64,000 bases of DNA from Raillietiella orientalis (GCA_036172245.1 JAYWIR010000020.1:2480001-2544000), one strand, 5' to 3'. Positions 12,261 through 26,449 are shown, counted from the first letter of the stretch. The notes: generated by a model not told the origin, from the sequence alone. Program-made: numbers and translations.

Positions 12261-15200
12261 TACCAATTTTCCAGAAATAGGCTCTTTTCTGTTTCATAAT
12301 GTCAGCCATTATGAATGACATTTTGACGCTATCGAAATTTTGAATCTATTTTTCATAATGTAACAACAGCTGAAGGTTTTGCTAAATTTCCATAATGATC
12401 ATTGCCCTCTAGGAAGCAATCACACCTGAAAAGCATGGCGCTTTGCGATGCAAACGGAAAACACATTTCAAGATAATGATGTGAAAATCAATTCTTTCCG
12501 CTCCTTGCATGGGACCATAGGGAAGGCATTCGCAAAATCACAGAGAGCCAGTGGACGATAATTGCCTCGGTGGAAACCACTGAATAACATGAAATGGAAG
12601 GAACTCGTTGCTAAAATTATCCAAATTATGATTCCTCCTTCTATTTTCAGATCTTCAGCATCTGCTTGATGCCAGTATCTCACAGCTGTTAGAAGAGTGA
12701 AATGACAAAATTCGCATTTGCACTGAAACTGCATCTACCATCATCTATCGTCAAGAACCAAAAGAACGCATTCTGCTAGTAAAGAGGAGATTATTCTTGT
12801 TATTCACACGAACGTTTTCGCAGCGTCACCTGATCGGCGCAGCATCTTCTATAATAGGTGTCTACTTTTTTTCTCTTAATTGAACCTAAGTGTCGTACGT
12901 ACTCTTCGATGATTACTTCTTCACGATGAATTACAAATCCTATCTATGTTTCAATGCATATGTTTCTTCCTAGAAACAGATTTTAATCTTGGATCACCTA
13001 AGTCAATAACTGCGTTGTAATCTAAAGTAGATTTCTTTCGTGCTGCATGCAACCAGAACATCGAAACCTCCAGGACCACTACTGCACACATAGAACCACG
13101 ACCTTTCTGTCAAACATCGGAAAAAGAAAAACATATTATTCTACGTTTTTTTTTGGCGGGGGGAGAGGGGAGGGGGGAATCGTCGTTAGGGAGTTTATTT
13201 GCCTGCGATTGCTATACCCTACATTTAACGACTGTTTGAGAATTACGCTGGCTGAGAAGATGAGAACAAATTACCTCGTCATTAACTAAGTACTGAGAAC
13301 TGACCAGACAGTTTCTGGGCTCTTTAGGAGACAACAGGACTGGAAAGGCAGGTAGGATATAGGCCTTCAAAATAGCTGAAAAGGATGGCTAAAAGGATGC
13401 CAGAAAGAATATGATAAACTGATGCTGCGCACTTGAACTTCTTTACGAAACTCTTCGGAGAACGCTTGGTTTGCAGCACGCTACATTCCTGGAGCTTGCA
13501 GCTTCTTTGTCGATACCAGTTCGTCTCCAGAAGTCGAGATATCAGTCGCCAGATGCCTGTTCGTGAAAGCCCATCGCTACAAATTTTTACATCTGGTTCC
13601 CTGAACGGGACGAAGAATTACATACACTGCTGCTGCTATCTCTTTCTGGAGGCAGATGCGACGTGGCGTATCCCCCACGTTTGGCGCACTGGTTTCCTGA
13701 TCGACGTCACCATTAATCTCTGCTGGAACACGGAAAGGTTGCCCACAGATGTCACGTGTTTTCGTTCATCATTCCGCAGTGTGACCGGGAACCAGAAAGG
13801 ATAAAAGGAAAGAAAAGGTAATACGAAAGCGAAACGTTGATTGCATTTCACCTTCGTCTTTATCTGATCGCGCTGTGCATGATTCCTGCTGCTAGAGGAT
13901 TGTCTTCTGCTAACTGATTTCCCTAGTAACCCATAGGTCGTCAGGGATCACCGTGTACTGTCGGCAACGTTTAACCGTTTATTCATCAGAGTCGCCATGT
14001 GTTCCCAAAGGCAAAAGACATTATGAAATACAAGGAACCTGAGTCTATGTTAGATTTCATCACGATCATACTGTGATTCGTCTAAGAAAACTGAAGTTCG
14101 GTTCAGTTACGGGCATTTCAATTTCTGTAGCTTACTTTCCTGTCTTCATGATTTCATGTACAGTTTTTTGAAAGGTGGCCTCAGACGAGGTCAAAGTGTG
14201 TCTGACTCTGACAAGGCGAGCTACGTTTCTAGTCTTTTCGGCACGAAGACCCGTTGCTGGTAAAAGGGAAAAGGCCGCTGCTTAATTCTTTGCATCAGTG
14301 CTGTGATATGTCCTCGTGCCTTCAGTAAACAGAAATCACCACAAAAATGCTTCCTTTTTTTTTTCTTTTCTTTGGGGACTCAAAAGAGGATAAGGAATGA
14401 ATCGGTTTCCAATGCTCCTTCTGTGTCCAAAACGAACAGCAGAGCGTAGGCCGCAGTGTTTTTGTTTCCCTGTGCAGCCAGAATGGGAAATTTCATTTCC
14501 TTCTCTAAACACAGAAGAAAGAGAACGCAGATGTCTTACATGAAGAGTGAGGCATGGATGAGTCAACAAGTGAAAAAAGCCTTTTCATATTCGGCAGAGG
14601 AAATTGGGGTTGGTTTCAACATTTGCTGTGGGTCTTCGCCTTTCAAAAAAAGGAGGTCCTTTCTTGTTCCAGAACAAAAAGATTCTTTCTCTTTTTGAAA
14701 GCAACTGTTGGCACTGGAAAGAGTCAGCACTTGCCACAAGTTGGCTCCTGAAACGGTGAACTAACTGGAATAAAAATCGCAATGAAAACCTGAGGGACGA
14801 TGTAATTTTGGAACGTATAATAACAGATCTTGCAGTCTTTGGGAAGTGTAGGTAAACATCTGATCTATCTGTTCAATGATTCAGTGAAATCGGCTCAAAA
14901 AAGTCTGGCGAAACCAACAACTGTGACTCTATTTGGACCCGGGTGTGTGCTGCCCTAGGATGGCACCCAATAAAGAAATGGAGCGCTTTCCAAAAGAACA
15001 GGCGCATACAAATTTTCTACACTCCTTATTGCAGATGCTCCTGCTTTGCATTTAGTCCGTAGGGGTGTGGCTTTGTAGGGATAGGTACGATAGGAATCTC
15101 CTTTAAAAATTCATTTGTTTGGTTTCAGGGTGCACTTTGTGCTGAGCACACGTAATAGAATAAGTAGTAAATGCGCCAATGAAGCGGGAAAGAGCAGATG

Positions 15201-15689
15201 TCTACGAAGAGGCACCTGCAAACGCTTTGAGGATCGGAACCCTCGGAAACAGGTGAAAGAAAAAGCCCTTGTAAAACATCTCTATGTCGAAGTAAATGAC
15301 GAAAGAGTGAATGTAAAGGGAAAACGCAGCAGCATAATTTCTGAGGGAGAGTGAATGAGTAAAAATGATAGTTATCAGAAGCAGCAGCAAGAACCCAGTG
15401 GTCCCCTAATACGTGTTAATCACTCAAACATATCGCAAGTTAGCCTTTCGCACACCAGCCATCCTCCCTGTGGCATGAAAGGCAAGTAATCGAGTCCTTG
15501 AGCTACGAATTTCCAGGCAATTTTTAAAACACGCGACAAAATGCAATTACCACAAGCAAGTAAAAAAAGAGATAATTATTAATTCGTTATCTCGGGACAG
15601 TCTGTAGAATATAAAGCCCAAAAAACAAAAAAAAGGGCACTAAGAAGCAAATCGCAGGAAAAAATAGCTCTTGCAAAAGTAAGAAACTG

Positions 15690-16300
15690 TTCGGCATGTG
15701 TCCACCAAATACCAATTTGTGGTAACACATAACGCAATCGTAATGGTGCACTATGCACGATATCCCGAGTGCGTTTACGGGAATGCAGAGTTTCGGTCCG
15801 GAGACGACACGAAGGGAATCTCCTGTGAGGTCAAACTCTGGTGCTGAGGCTGAGCTTTAGGGTATCCGGCTGCAGTATCTTCAGACGATACTTGAGGACC
15901 GAGGTCGGTCGTAGGAGAGCAGTTAAGCACCAACGTAGCTCCAGCGACTCCATGTTGCCGGATGGACACCGTGGCTAGCGAGCGAATTGGACGTCCGAGC
16001 ATTCTTTGAGCACTTGAAGTGGTCTGCAGCCGAGGCGAACTAGGTTAACCTCAGGTTTGGATGTGGTCTTCAATGACACAAGGAACAGTGGTCCCAGAAC
16101 GAAACTGTGCGCTTCGGTTTCCCGAAAATCTTTATGCCGTTGGGGTTCAAACCGTTTTGCAACACGAAAACAGAAGTCGCCAGTATGAACTATCAGAATC
16201 TTTCGTGCGTTCTCTCCCGAAAGAGACTGGAAAAATGGCTTCATGGATGGAACTGGATGGAATGAAAACGCTTCCGAATAACGTGAAGATCGAAAGATGA
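15690..16300 (+). pseudogene. EVE: RdRp motifs B-C
   Basis: ICGNT*RN (GNT at 15721-15729) is followed about 25 codons later, with one frameshift, by SGDDT (GDD at 15800-15808). This is canonical B-C spacing. Confidence 0.55.
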
Positions 16301-18249
16301 GAATGGGATCAGAATAGGAGCCAAACTGTTGATCCTCCCGAAATGCTCTCACGAACCGTTCACGAAAAAAACAAAAAAATCGAAGCGTTTATGGAAAGCA
16401 ATCTGTTCTCATTTGCATATTAATGATTCCCTAAAGGAAGGAAAATATTGAAAAATGACGGCAGTGAAATGACACTGATGATCCTACTAATCTATGAATC
16501 CAGTTGACAGTGAAATGATAGCAGTTCCGTCATGAAATGGAAACGCATCCTGCTGCCGTGGTTGAACGAGGGAACAGTTCAATGGCTGAAGTCGAAGAAC
16601 ATCACGCATTCCAAGAAACAAATGTTAACTTCCTCCGAGGGAGCAGCTGGATACGGTAACTGTGGTACAGAGCATTCCAACTTTAATCGTCGTGACCTTG
16701 GAATGAATAGTGTGAAGTAAAATTCAATGATTAGAAAGCAGCCTGTTTTTTTTTTTTTTTTTTTAATACCAAATCGCACCTTTGAGAAATTCTATTAGCA
16801 TACGGTTGCTTAGCGACTGTGACGGATTGGTTAGCCCTGTGCAGATTCCGTTTCGAAGCTTGCATGAGAATCTAATGGGAAAATTCCAGCTAGGTATTCG
16901 TAATGCCAATTCTGCTGATTGCTAATGATGCTTTCCTTTTTCCTTAAGTATGCAGATATACATTAAAAAGTACTTTTTTTTTTCTCGTGTTTGTTTGTAT
17001 ATCCGAAAACCGAAGCTGGGCTATTAGGAGATCAAAAAGGTGAATTTATTGGACCTCATCAAGCGCAAAGCACTGCCTGATAATTCTGCGGTGCTTCCGA
17101 TCTCTGTGCTCATATTCGTGTTTTGTTTGTATTTCACTTCATCTGAAAGAAAAGTGTTTTTTTTTTTTTTTGAATTTTCAAGCCAATGACCGAGTTCGGC
17201 AAGGAAAAACATGACTAAAATACAGTGCCATCTCCTAAGAAGAGCGGGATTCAGGTACATAGGATGGAGGGAAATCGTGTCCATCTGAGGGAACTGTTTC
17301 TTGAAATGACACGAGAGAACCAGTTTCGAAAGAGAGAGAGAGAGAGAGGGAAGAAACGAGTATTCATGTGGACTGTGAGAACATTCTGATTCCGAAAGAT
17401 GAACGATTACCTGAAATCACAGCAAAATGTGTGGTCACAATTCGAATTTTCATAGGAGGCACCTGAGTACTCCTTGAGTGCAGTGTCCACTAATTGGATT
17501 TCAGTGAAAGTTTTGGACTCAATTCATCGTAGTCCACTAGTGGAAATCTCCCACGCTCATGTTCTCTTGAAATGCAGATTAATCCTTCTTGAAAGTTCGA
17601 CTTGATCGAATAAGAGATTGCAACGGAGTGTCCAACTCCAGCACGGGATTCGCGAAAGCTGACAGCCCTTACGAAGAAGGGGAGAAATTCGTTGCTCAAC
17701 AGATGTGTTCCTCTGACTATTCATCTCTATTCACATTCCATCCGCAATGGAAAAAAAAAAAAAACATTCGCAGCAAACCCCAATAGAAAAGTTGCTGCTT
17801 TGAAATTGAAAAGTAGAAATTAGGTACCATCCAGCTACGTAGAAGACTGATCAGACTGAAAGTGCATTTATGTCCAGGGAAGCTGGAAAAAATAAATGTT
17901 CTTGTTTTTTTTTTTGAAATGATCAGAAAATTTCAGTTCGAGATGCTGGAAATTTGAAAAGAAGGTTATACTTACTGAGCGTATGGGCACCGTTTTCTCG
18001 TAATCAGCGGAGTGCGTACGTAAGAACAGCTACAAGGGAAAGGTAACTCCGATCAAGCAGATTGCCATCGAAGTACTAACAGTTTGAATATGAGAACCAG
18101 TTCTATAAAATGGAAGCACAAACACAATTGGGGAGCATTCATCCACGTGCGCAGGTGCTCCTTCCTGGGCTAAGAAATTTTTCGCGCTTTCCTTTCGTGA
18201 CGATGATTAATCAAACAGAATACATAATACAAAGTTTCGCTCCGGGGCA

Positions 18250-19320
18250 AGCTGTTCCTCGTTTTGTGGCCACCAAATTACTCTTCCGTCGATGAGTGTT
18301 CATCACGTTGTGTTTCGGTTTCATCCTCTCTACTCAACTGGGCTGATGTGCTTTTCAATCTTTCGGAATGGTCGCGAGAAGACCGCTTCATCCTCAATGG
18401 ATACTGTACCCGTGCTTCCGGTTTCGGGTGGGAGGAAGTGACGAAACTGTTGCAGCATCCCTTGCAATTCAAATGGGGATGTGGCTAGGTATGGATGCAG
18501 TTAGTTTTGCTCTATTATTACTTCCATCTATCGTCAGTTGGATTTAAGCTGCAGAGAAGGGTTGCCGAAACATCAAGTAAATGCAAGAGTTATTAAGTCT
18601 TGCAAGATAACGGTAATCAGCTGAGTCATACCTATGGAAGCTCTTATTTATTCTCCAAATATAATTCTAACCCTCCGAAGTTACTGTGATGGGCATCCAT
18701 TAAAGCATCCCCCAATACTGGCATCAGCTGGATGAGAATCTGGTTCGAAAAGCAAATGATCAGCTAATTTTGAGCCTTGGAATGAAAGGTCAGTTTGCCA
18801 CGCGGTAGCTGTAACGGGTCAGAAGGAACACTTCGCATATCTTTCCAAAATCCAGGAAATTGGGCAGGAGACCAGGAGGATACGCCATGATGAAAAATCA
18901 CACTATGGTTACGTCTTCATGAACTAGCCGTAACCCGAGTTACCTGGTCTCTTCGAGAAGTTCGACATGCGTCTTTAGGAAGGATTCCTGCTGGAATTCC
19001 AGAGAGGAAATGAGCACGATAAAGTGCACCAAGTTCGCGCTCCGTACTGTACGAAGGTCGGGTTCAGCAACCTACTGGGTGTGCAGCTGCTCTTATAGGA
19101 AACCACTCGGCACCGTCCGGATTCCAGTTCGACTCCTCTTAAGTGACAATTTGGAGCTCTTTGCTGCAGCTCACTTAAAGGGAGAGAGCCGCACATCTGT
19201 GGACAAATCCCAAGGCGACATTCCGGATGACTTTTGCGACGAAACGCAGCTGATGCCACACTGGCTGGTCCGCCAGTGCGGAATCCACTTCGAAGAGGAG
19301 AACAGATGAAATCTCTCCAG
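18250..19320 (+). pseudogene. Possible EVE: heavily decayed RdRp
   Basis: RASGFGWEEVTKLL, MDAVSF (motif A-like, ~18491), GTLRI (~18825, cf. GNTLR), AGDQ and CTKF occur in the expected order, but every motif is damaged. Confidence 0.3.
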
Positions 19321-19649
19321 TTTAAGCTCTCGGAACTCGCAGCCGGTCCACTGGCATGGAAGGCGACTCGCTAGAAAATTAAGAGATGCTTCGAAGGTGC
19401 TTGCAAGGAAGAGACCACCTCTCCTTGCACGTCCAGGTCACTTCCCCGAAACGATGAAACTGAAACGCTCAAATGGTTCAGAAATCTGCCGAATGGTTCA
19501 GATTCAAGCGACCATTCTAATGAATGGAAGCAATGTGGCTTCCTTCCTCCCAGTGCGGTGAAGAGGACCGCGTCGTCGCTAAATAGCAGCAGCTGTCATC
19601 AGCAAATATCTCAGGCAAGGGCGATCCGTGATCCAGCTCTATTTAAATT

Positions 19650-20045
19650 CAGGGATTCAAATTCGTCGCGTAGCTGGCCTGAAGGATCGCCGCCCGCGAG
19701 GAGAGCGCTCGCCTGGTGAAATGTCTGTTCGGAAGACCCAGCGGTGAAACTAAGAGCCTTTGGAGAGGCTGGACGACGAGCCATCCAGTGGAACTAATAC
19801 GAGGTGGGAGTTTGCTAAAGGGAGGGAAGGCAGGGCGCCACACCGTCCTCACAGCCAGGCAGCCAGCATCTTTATTTCTATTTTTTATATATGTATTTGT
19901 GCTCCCCTCCCTCCCGTTCCGGACTTTCGGTTTACCGACCTGCGAGTCGGGGATCCCCTCCCTTCGTTTTTTCTGTGTCCTTTCCGGGAACTCTCTTTCT
20001 GGATAGTTTAGCAATAGACGCCCCGGCCCACCCGGGTGAGAAACA
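19650..20045 (+). repeat. GC-rich family 3' end
   Basis: U-rich tract, then ctcccctccctcccgttccggactttcggttt.accgacctgcg, then the terminal aatagacgccccggcccacccgggtgagaaa (20013-20043). Confidence 0.75.
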
Positions 20046-20049
20046 GCCA

Positions 20050-20690
20050 GGCAGCCCGCGTTGGAGGCCGCGGCTCTCGCACGCGGCAGCCAGCATCTCT
20101 GCTTCCGATCGCCTGGTGGACACTGGTTGGCTTAGAGGCTCCGTGTGTGTGGCACTGGCATGACGCTCGCATCACGCTGGAGATCCGGCTGGCCTGTCGA
20201 CGAGGCGGATACGGAAGTCACAACCTCCGGGGTCGTTCCGGTGCTCATGGATCTACGAGCTTCCCTTGCGGTTTGGGTCGTAGAGTCCGACCCCTACGTC
20301 GGGAGCTTCCTCTATTGATCGTTGAAAGGGCGCTCCCTCCGGGAAATCCCCTCAGAGAAAATCGGCAGAAGTGTTTCTTCGGGATTTCACCTCGGCTGGC
20401 TCGCCCGCACCATCGGGGTGACGCGACGGTGTTGCAAAGTCTCTCCGATGCCACAAGGGGATGAATGGTTCTTGGATACTTGGCGAACGACAGGAAAGGC
20501 GGCTCGCCATTCCGACATCGAGAGGAAGATTTCCTCACGTGACCCCGCTCCTGAGGAACTCCTGACCTCGGGATCAGGCAAAGCCGATGCGGCCTACATG
20601 GGACCGCATCCATCTCGTAGCCTGTCTCTTGGCATCCCGGGAACATCTTTCGGATTGGGCATACCACCCAATACTGGCGGGATGCACAAT
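20050..20690 (+). repeat. GC-rich coding-like fragment, diverged paralogue of 1770-1999
   Basis: 20441-20669 aligns with 1800-1999, with scattered substitutions and a deletion in the 1.9 kb copy between gcct repeats. There is weak resemblance to 34750-34990 (minus). Confidence 0.65.
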
Positions 20691-20699
20691 CAATATTAT

Positions 20700-21330
20700 C
20701 GTATGTAATTAATCGTATGTAATTCTTTAGGATAGGGAGCACTCTGGGATGGGAGTCCGCCCTATGAATCCAGGAAGGGCTCGGGGTCCGTTCCTCTCAC
20801 TCTTGGGGAGGGATCCCCCGGACGGGGGGGATCACACCTTCAACCCTGGTTGTCTCCTAAGGGGAACTCCGAAGGGTATCTTCTTGCTAATTATCTCCGG
20901 AGGGATTACCCGGGAAGGAAGGTGGTCCTCACCATTTCATCTTCTCCGAAGGGAACCAGGAAAGGATCCGCCAGTAGGAATTTCTTCTTCGGAGGGAACC
21001 CGCAAGGGAACCGCTCCTGTTCACTCCTCTGAAGAGAACCCCGAAGGGACGCTTCCGAAACTCAGAAGGGGCGCTGCAGCTTCCCGTAGGGAATCGCTCT
21101 CGCTTGCTTCCTTGTGCACTCTGTGAAGAGGCGACGACTCGGAGGGACCCCCGCAACAAGGGGGGTCCGCTCCTTTGAGCAAATGGAGAGGTGCCCGTGA
21201 TGGTGCCTGCTCCATCTTGAAACTGGAGGGGTCCCCCGGTGAGGGGGGTTCGCTCTTCGTTGCACGACAGGAGGAGGAACTCCCCCCTCCTTTATCTCTG
21301 GAAGGACCCGAAGGTCGACTCCCATTGTTC
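20700..21330. other. Highly structured GC/purine-rich segment (rod end with branch hairpins) containing the conserved module in reverse orientation
   Basis: Long-range helices 20749-20757/21316-21324 (atgggagtc/gactcccat), tcggggtcc/ggacccga and gttcctc/gaggaac. Many local hairpins, including ccc-gcaa-ggg, ttc-ttcg-gag and ggacccc-cgcaacaag-ggggtcc. The reverse complement of 20740-20860 matches 146-260 and 41636-41745. Confidence 0.6.
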
Positions 21331-21513
21331 CGGCCTTCATCGGGGGCTTCCGGCTCAAACGACCACCGGTGCCATGCCCGAATGCCTCGGCCAACCAGCG
21401 CCATCGTAGGAGAAACTCGGAACCCAACGACACAGTGGCATCAGTTTCTGCCGGAGTACTCGAACCCGCGATGCAAGGTGCCACGTGCGGAAGCCTTCAC
21501 CACAAAGCCTTAA

Positions 21514-24500
21514 CCCACTGAACCCGCTTCCGGACAGAGGAGCGTCGAGATACTGGACAGCGGATGCGGAAGATGCGCCGTCCGGGGAAAGAGAGACATC
21601 ACGTCGAACCCCTGCACGAGGGCGCGCTCGTCTCGGCGCAGCGAAAAGCAGCGATCGCGAGCGGCGTGCCCCTCACGTGCGACTCTTCCTTGAGCCCCGG
21701 TTCATGCCCCCGGGATTGAATCACAATCCCGGATGCAGTGTTGCCATTCGAGAATGGAGGAGACGAATCGAAGAGGGGAAGGGGGCTGACGTTGCCGAAA
21801 CGGCAAGCGAGCGGTGGGACGCCTTCGTACTTGTGGGGACGCCTGGTGCACGGGATCCGAAAGAGGATGCGGTCCCTGGGTACTTGCACGTCCACCGGCA
21901 AGTGGCGTGAGGCGAAGATGCGACGCTTGGGAGTTGCCGCTGCGGCATAACCTCCGGGTACGTAGGTGCCCCGGTAGCAAGTGTTGGGAAAGCGAAAGTT
22001 GGAAAGCGAGACGTCCCGCATGAGGCTCGTGGAAGCGGTGGGGACCCCCTCTCCAGGAATCGGAAGCGTCCCGTCGGAAGCGTCCGCCTGCTGATTTCTT
22101 CCGCGGCAGCTGGCCGCCGCGAGCGAGGGAGTGGAAAGTCCGAGGATGGAGGAAATCCTCTGCTTCTGTTGCTGTTCCCTTCTGGCATGGGTTCAACAGC
22201 AATTCTGGGAGAAAAGGCATAGGCTTTTTTCTCCATTGTGAGATTCCTGGGGGAAAATACATCCGGTTCACCACACATCCGGTTCACCTCCGTCAGCGAA
22301 ACAGTTTGAGGTTGTTTCGCGTGGAGCACCGCGTTAAAGAGAATCACCGATCTTCCGCGCGCAGGCGGAGGCATGTTGTCCCCTGATTCCAGGAGGCATC
22401 TGAGAACCGGACAGCAGGATGATCGAGATGGGGACCGTTAGATTGGGACCACAACCATCTCCTCGCCTGGACAGATGCGAAGCGGCAGATTTGAGACATC
22501 CGTTCGCGTTTTTCCAGCTTTCGGACCAGGAGCGGTCTCTCCCTCTCTGGAAGTCTCGGCTGCCATCTCCCGAGAGCAGTTTTGAGTCTCCGGGGAATCT
22601 TCAGGGGCTCCTGAGGTTCCTCGTTTTCAGGTCAGCGATAAACCCCCGTCGCCGCGCAGGCGCGTAGACGGCGAGAGGCAGACTTCTTCTTCGGCAACTT
22701 TTTCATGTGGAAAGAAGCAAAATCCACGCTCAACAAAGAAGGAATTTTCAGCAAAAGGAGGAAATCAGAGAAAATTTTACAGTCTATTGAATTCCTCCCT
22801 CAGCACTTTCTTTCCCTCCCCCCCCCTCCCCCATTCTGCCTTGAAACTCCTCTCGCTTCAGTGTATTTAATTATAGCATGGCCAGGATTTCCATTGTGAT
22901 TCCAAATATGAGAAAATGTGTCAGTGAAAGAGATAGCAAAGCAATCGCTTGGTGTGAGGAGGACTGCGCTTACCCCTCGGCTAATCCGTTCATCGGAACC
23001 GACGGATCGAATGAAAATCACCGATGTGACCAGCAGCAGCGGTGGCTCGTTACGGTGGTTTCGGGAGGGGGCGGGAAGCAAAAGGCAAATACGAAAGAAA
23101 AAAACGAAGAAGAAGAACAAAAACAAAAAAAGGTTGGGCTTCACCCGAACGCGGAGTGAAACAAAGGGAGCGGTGCTGCGATCTCGGTTTCGTTTACTCC
23201 GAAAACGGAAGAAGAACGCGAACAACGCCGGGCCAGATGGGGAGAGGGGGGGAGGGAGTGTGCCGCTAGCAACACAGAGTACGGAAATGGGAAAACCCTT
23301 GACAGGTCACCAGCATTCCGAAGAGGTGCCCTTCCGTTGTCCTTCCGTTCTTCCTCTTCTGCCCTCGATTATTCCCTCGGATTGTTTTATGTATTCATTT
23401 ATTCTTTTCTTCTGCTCCGTCAAGGGCTCGACGTCGATCCTTCTCTTCCAGCTTGACGTCTGCCCACCCCCGAAAGGCTGCTGAAGCAACCGCGCTCCAG
23501 TTACGCTTACTCAGCTGCGATGGGTTCTTTGGAAGCGGTGGGTTCTCGTTGCGCAACAGATGGGTGGACGGAGGAGGGTATATGTGACACACGCGCACGC
23601 GTGTTCGCGAAGTGTGCGGGTTGAGACTGCAGGCGAGCGAATTCACGCGCCTCTAAATGGTAGCCATAAAGGATGGAGCAATGCACTCGGTGAGGAAAGA
23701 GAACGTGCTGATTGATGACGGGACGGAATCCAAAACACGCGGGTCCACACAGGAATGTCCAGCGCACGGGAGTCCGCAAGCACATCAGAAGGAAGTTCAC
23801 CGGAAATCCACAGCGTCCGGAGAGATTCGGATTGCGTTTGAGATTCTTGGAAAACGCCAGGAGCAAAAAGTAACCTTCTCCTCTTCTTCCAATATGCCAG
23901 AAACGCATGCTGGAAAGAAAGAAAAGAAAAATCCTTTCCTTAAAATCCAACATAAAACGACACGGTGAAAGTCCTCAGTCAATGATCTCAAAAGGACATA
24001 CGTGAGCAGAGTTGGCAGCGGAAAGGCATCCGCTCCTTCGGATGATTTCAGTGTAACTCAGCCAATAAAAAAAAAAAAAAAAAAAAAAAAAACCTTGCAG
24101 CTTCGAAGAAGGAAGACTCTGGAAGTCTCCCGCATGGTTCGAACTCTTCCGTCTTGCGGTCGAATTTCTCCGCCCCAGCAGAATCAGCCCATTTTCTCTT
24201 TTGCTTCCCATCCTCTAAACGAGCGCTCTGCTCTCGAGTTCGCCAGGCGTTAATCTCTGCGAGCACACGTAGATGCCGACACGCATCCAGGTCAACACGA
24301 ACTCGGCAGTTGTTCGCGCGCACATGTGCGAGCGCGCGTGGGAGGAGCCATCGCGCGCGGGCGACGGAAACCGAATGAGAAAGTTGCTATCGAAGAATAG
24401 AATTCTCGTTTGTTTTCCGATTTTTCTATTCTTTTCATGCTAACGATGGCAGCCTTCCGTGAGCTTCGCTTTCGCGTCGAACCAGCTCGGGAGTGTTCGC

Positions 24501-25240
24501 TCCCGGTTCAGAGTTTCGGAAGACTTGACGCGGATCGCTGAGAGAGAACTGCGCGAGATGAGAATTCTTCCACACAGTCTCCAGCGAGAACGAGGCGTGT
24601 GATTCGTCATCGTTGGGGAAAAAGCATCGGTAGAAACGGCGTGAAACGAGAGAGCACAACGGGAGCGCGGAACTGGAATCAGGATACTTGGAGAGATGAG
24701 AGGCCAACCTATTTAGGCTAATAATTTCCCGGAAATGTGAAAAAGAAGAGGAACATCACTTACAAGTAATGGATATGATAGGAGCCATGAAAAGAACTCG
24801 CCAAGCAGGAGCGTTGTCAAAGCGACTCCATCGCGCGCCAGAGCGCTTTGTTTCGGGTGGCAACCACCGAGTGGAAATATGCACTGGAAACCAAGCCGGA
24901 AAGGAAAAAAGAAGAACGAAGCAAGCCGAAGGTAATTCACTGAAGATTTTCCCATTCTCTTACGAGAAAAAGCAATTCTTATTCGTGATTTCTAGCAGCT
25001 TCACCCGTAATGGCCTGCTGACGTGAGTTAGGTGAGACACCGAGGAATGCAAGTTGCTTTCCAAATCTAACAAAAGGAGTCTGCAGAGTGGTCGGAATGA
25101 GGAAGCTGTGATTTGGATCCAAGCTGTGATTTGAGGCGCGAGCAATTCGTTCGATTCCTCAGTGTCTCTCGTGCTCTCCCGAGAATCCGAGTTCGTCACG
25201 TCGGGAGGGAAAAAGCACGTACGTCCATCCGCTGTTGTCA
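21514..25240 (-). pseudogene. Decayed LRR-containing GPCR (LGR/RXFP/GRL101-like) gene pieces with intron remnants
   Basis: LRR remnants ITASSFRPLCRLLLLDLESN (~25070), ITRLVLAGDCVEEF, AGDFQSLPS, APGVFQ..SLRTLWISGELP (after the acceptor tttctttccag at ~23910) and LHPRTFHSL. Hinge/TM1 remnants SNFRF, TCKYP/GDRI/SSF and LACRFGNV. Interrupted at 22930-23480. Confidence 0.6.
22930..23300 (-). repeat. Probable diverged GC-rich family 3' region lacking the terminal hairpin
   Basis: The minus strand has ccctccccccctctccccat, gcaccgctccc (cf. gcaccgttccc at ~50810), a U-rich tract and ttttgcttcccgccccctcccg. Confidence 0.4.
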
Positions 25241-26449
25241 AGGCATCCCTTCTTCCTGAATGGATTCTTCAGGAGCGACTTTGTTCAGACTTGAAGACCG
25301 GAACTCGAGGTACAAGAACTTCAAGGTAAAGGGTATGTGCCTTGCTGAACACATCGTGTTGATGAAATTGATTACCATTACTGGACATGGACAAATAAAA
25401 CGCTGTAAATCAAACTGTGCGTTCTCTATAGAATAGCCGCAAAGGAAAATAGAAGTGCCCTCATTATGATATGGGATTTGTCCATTAATGATATGGGAAG
25501 GAGTTTCAGCTTGCAGATCGCATGGTTTGCATACTGTTTTGATAAGAAATCATAGAAGTCCTATCTTGCTCATAGCTGATGAGCACGATCCGCAGTAAGA
25601 GGAGTCGTTTCCTTGGTAACGGCTAGTAACACCTCTGCAAGTTCACAACATGAATGCGGCCATTTAAAAAAATCATTTCGTTTCAAGCTGGATGGCCGAG
25701 TTATTCAAAGGCACCAGCTGATATCTCCAGAACGGCAGTAATTAGGGTGTTTGTTATGCACCACTATAATTCAGGTCACTGGAGAAGAGGAAACAGGGCA
25801 TTTTGATCTGTTTGGTCTTCTGACTTTATCATTACGGAAGCTCGGTGGTGGTGCGTGTTTTCAACACGCGGAACACCCTAAATCTTTTCCGATTTGCATG
25901 GGTTGACGCGCCGCCTTCTCTTCGAACCGCCTTTAGTCCTTCGCTGCATTCAAATACTTAAATGTAAAACCATCTGTTCATTTTCCCCAAAATCCATTTC
26001 TTTTATATCTCTTTTGTTCCAAAGTCGTGTTTAGATTGTACGCCAGTACGCCATTTTTCCCACAGAACCATGGAACCACCTTTTTTTTTAAAAAAAGAAA
26101 AAAAAGCTGTACATCTCTGCTTCTTGATTTTCTTAAAAAAATCGCCATTAAGGTTTTCGAATAGAATGATTTACGGAAGAATCTTAAGACTGTAATTTCC
26201 AGGCACACTCTTTCTACTTCGAAAGAAGTATCCCTCTACTCGAAACACAAATAAAATGAAAATATTTTTAGAGTTGCGCTCTCTCTCTCTCTCTGAAGCA
26301 CTGACCATCTTTCATCTTTGTTTTGTTCAACACGAATTTTCGGCACACATCCGCGTACATGGAGAGATAATCGAAGATCCTGGATTCCTTGAATCCTCGG
26401 ACTCTTTCGTTTCCAATGAGTACTCTTCGTCTTAGTTTCATGAATGAAG

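Noticed and set aside
19190..19225. SVDKSQG as SF1 helicase motif V
   Set aside because: It is isolated, with no accompanying helicase motifs.
21025..21075. Hammerhead-like CTGAAGAG...CGAAAC
   Set aside because: Stem II pairs poorly, and there is no NUH site or stem I partner.
21702..22374. Longest ORFs (190 and 217 aa) as real genes
   Set aside because: They are GC-rich open frames over a frameshifted LRR-GPCR remnant and give no coherent protein.
23797..23991. VTFCSWRF as RdRp motif E
   Set aside because: Another frame gives a better LRR reading after a splice acceptor, and there are no other RdRp motifs nearby.
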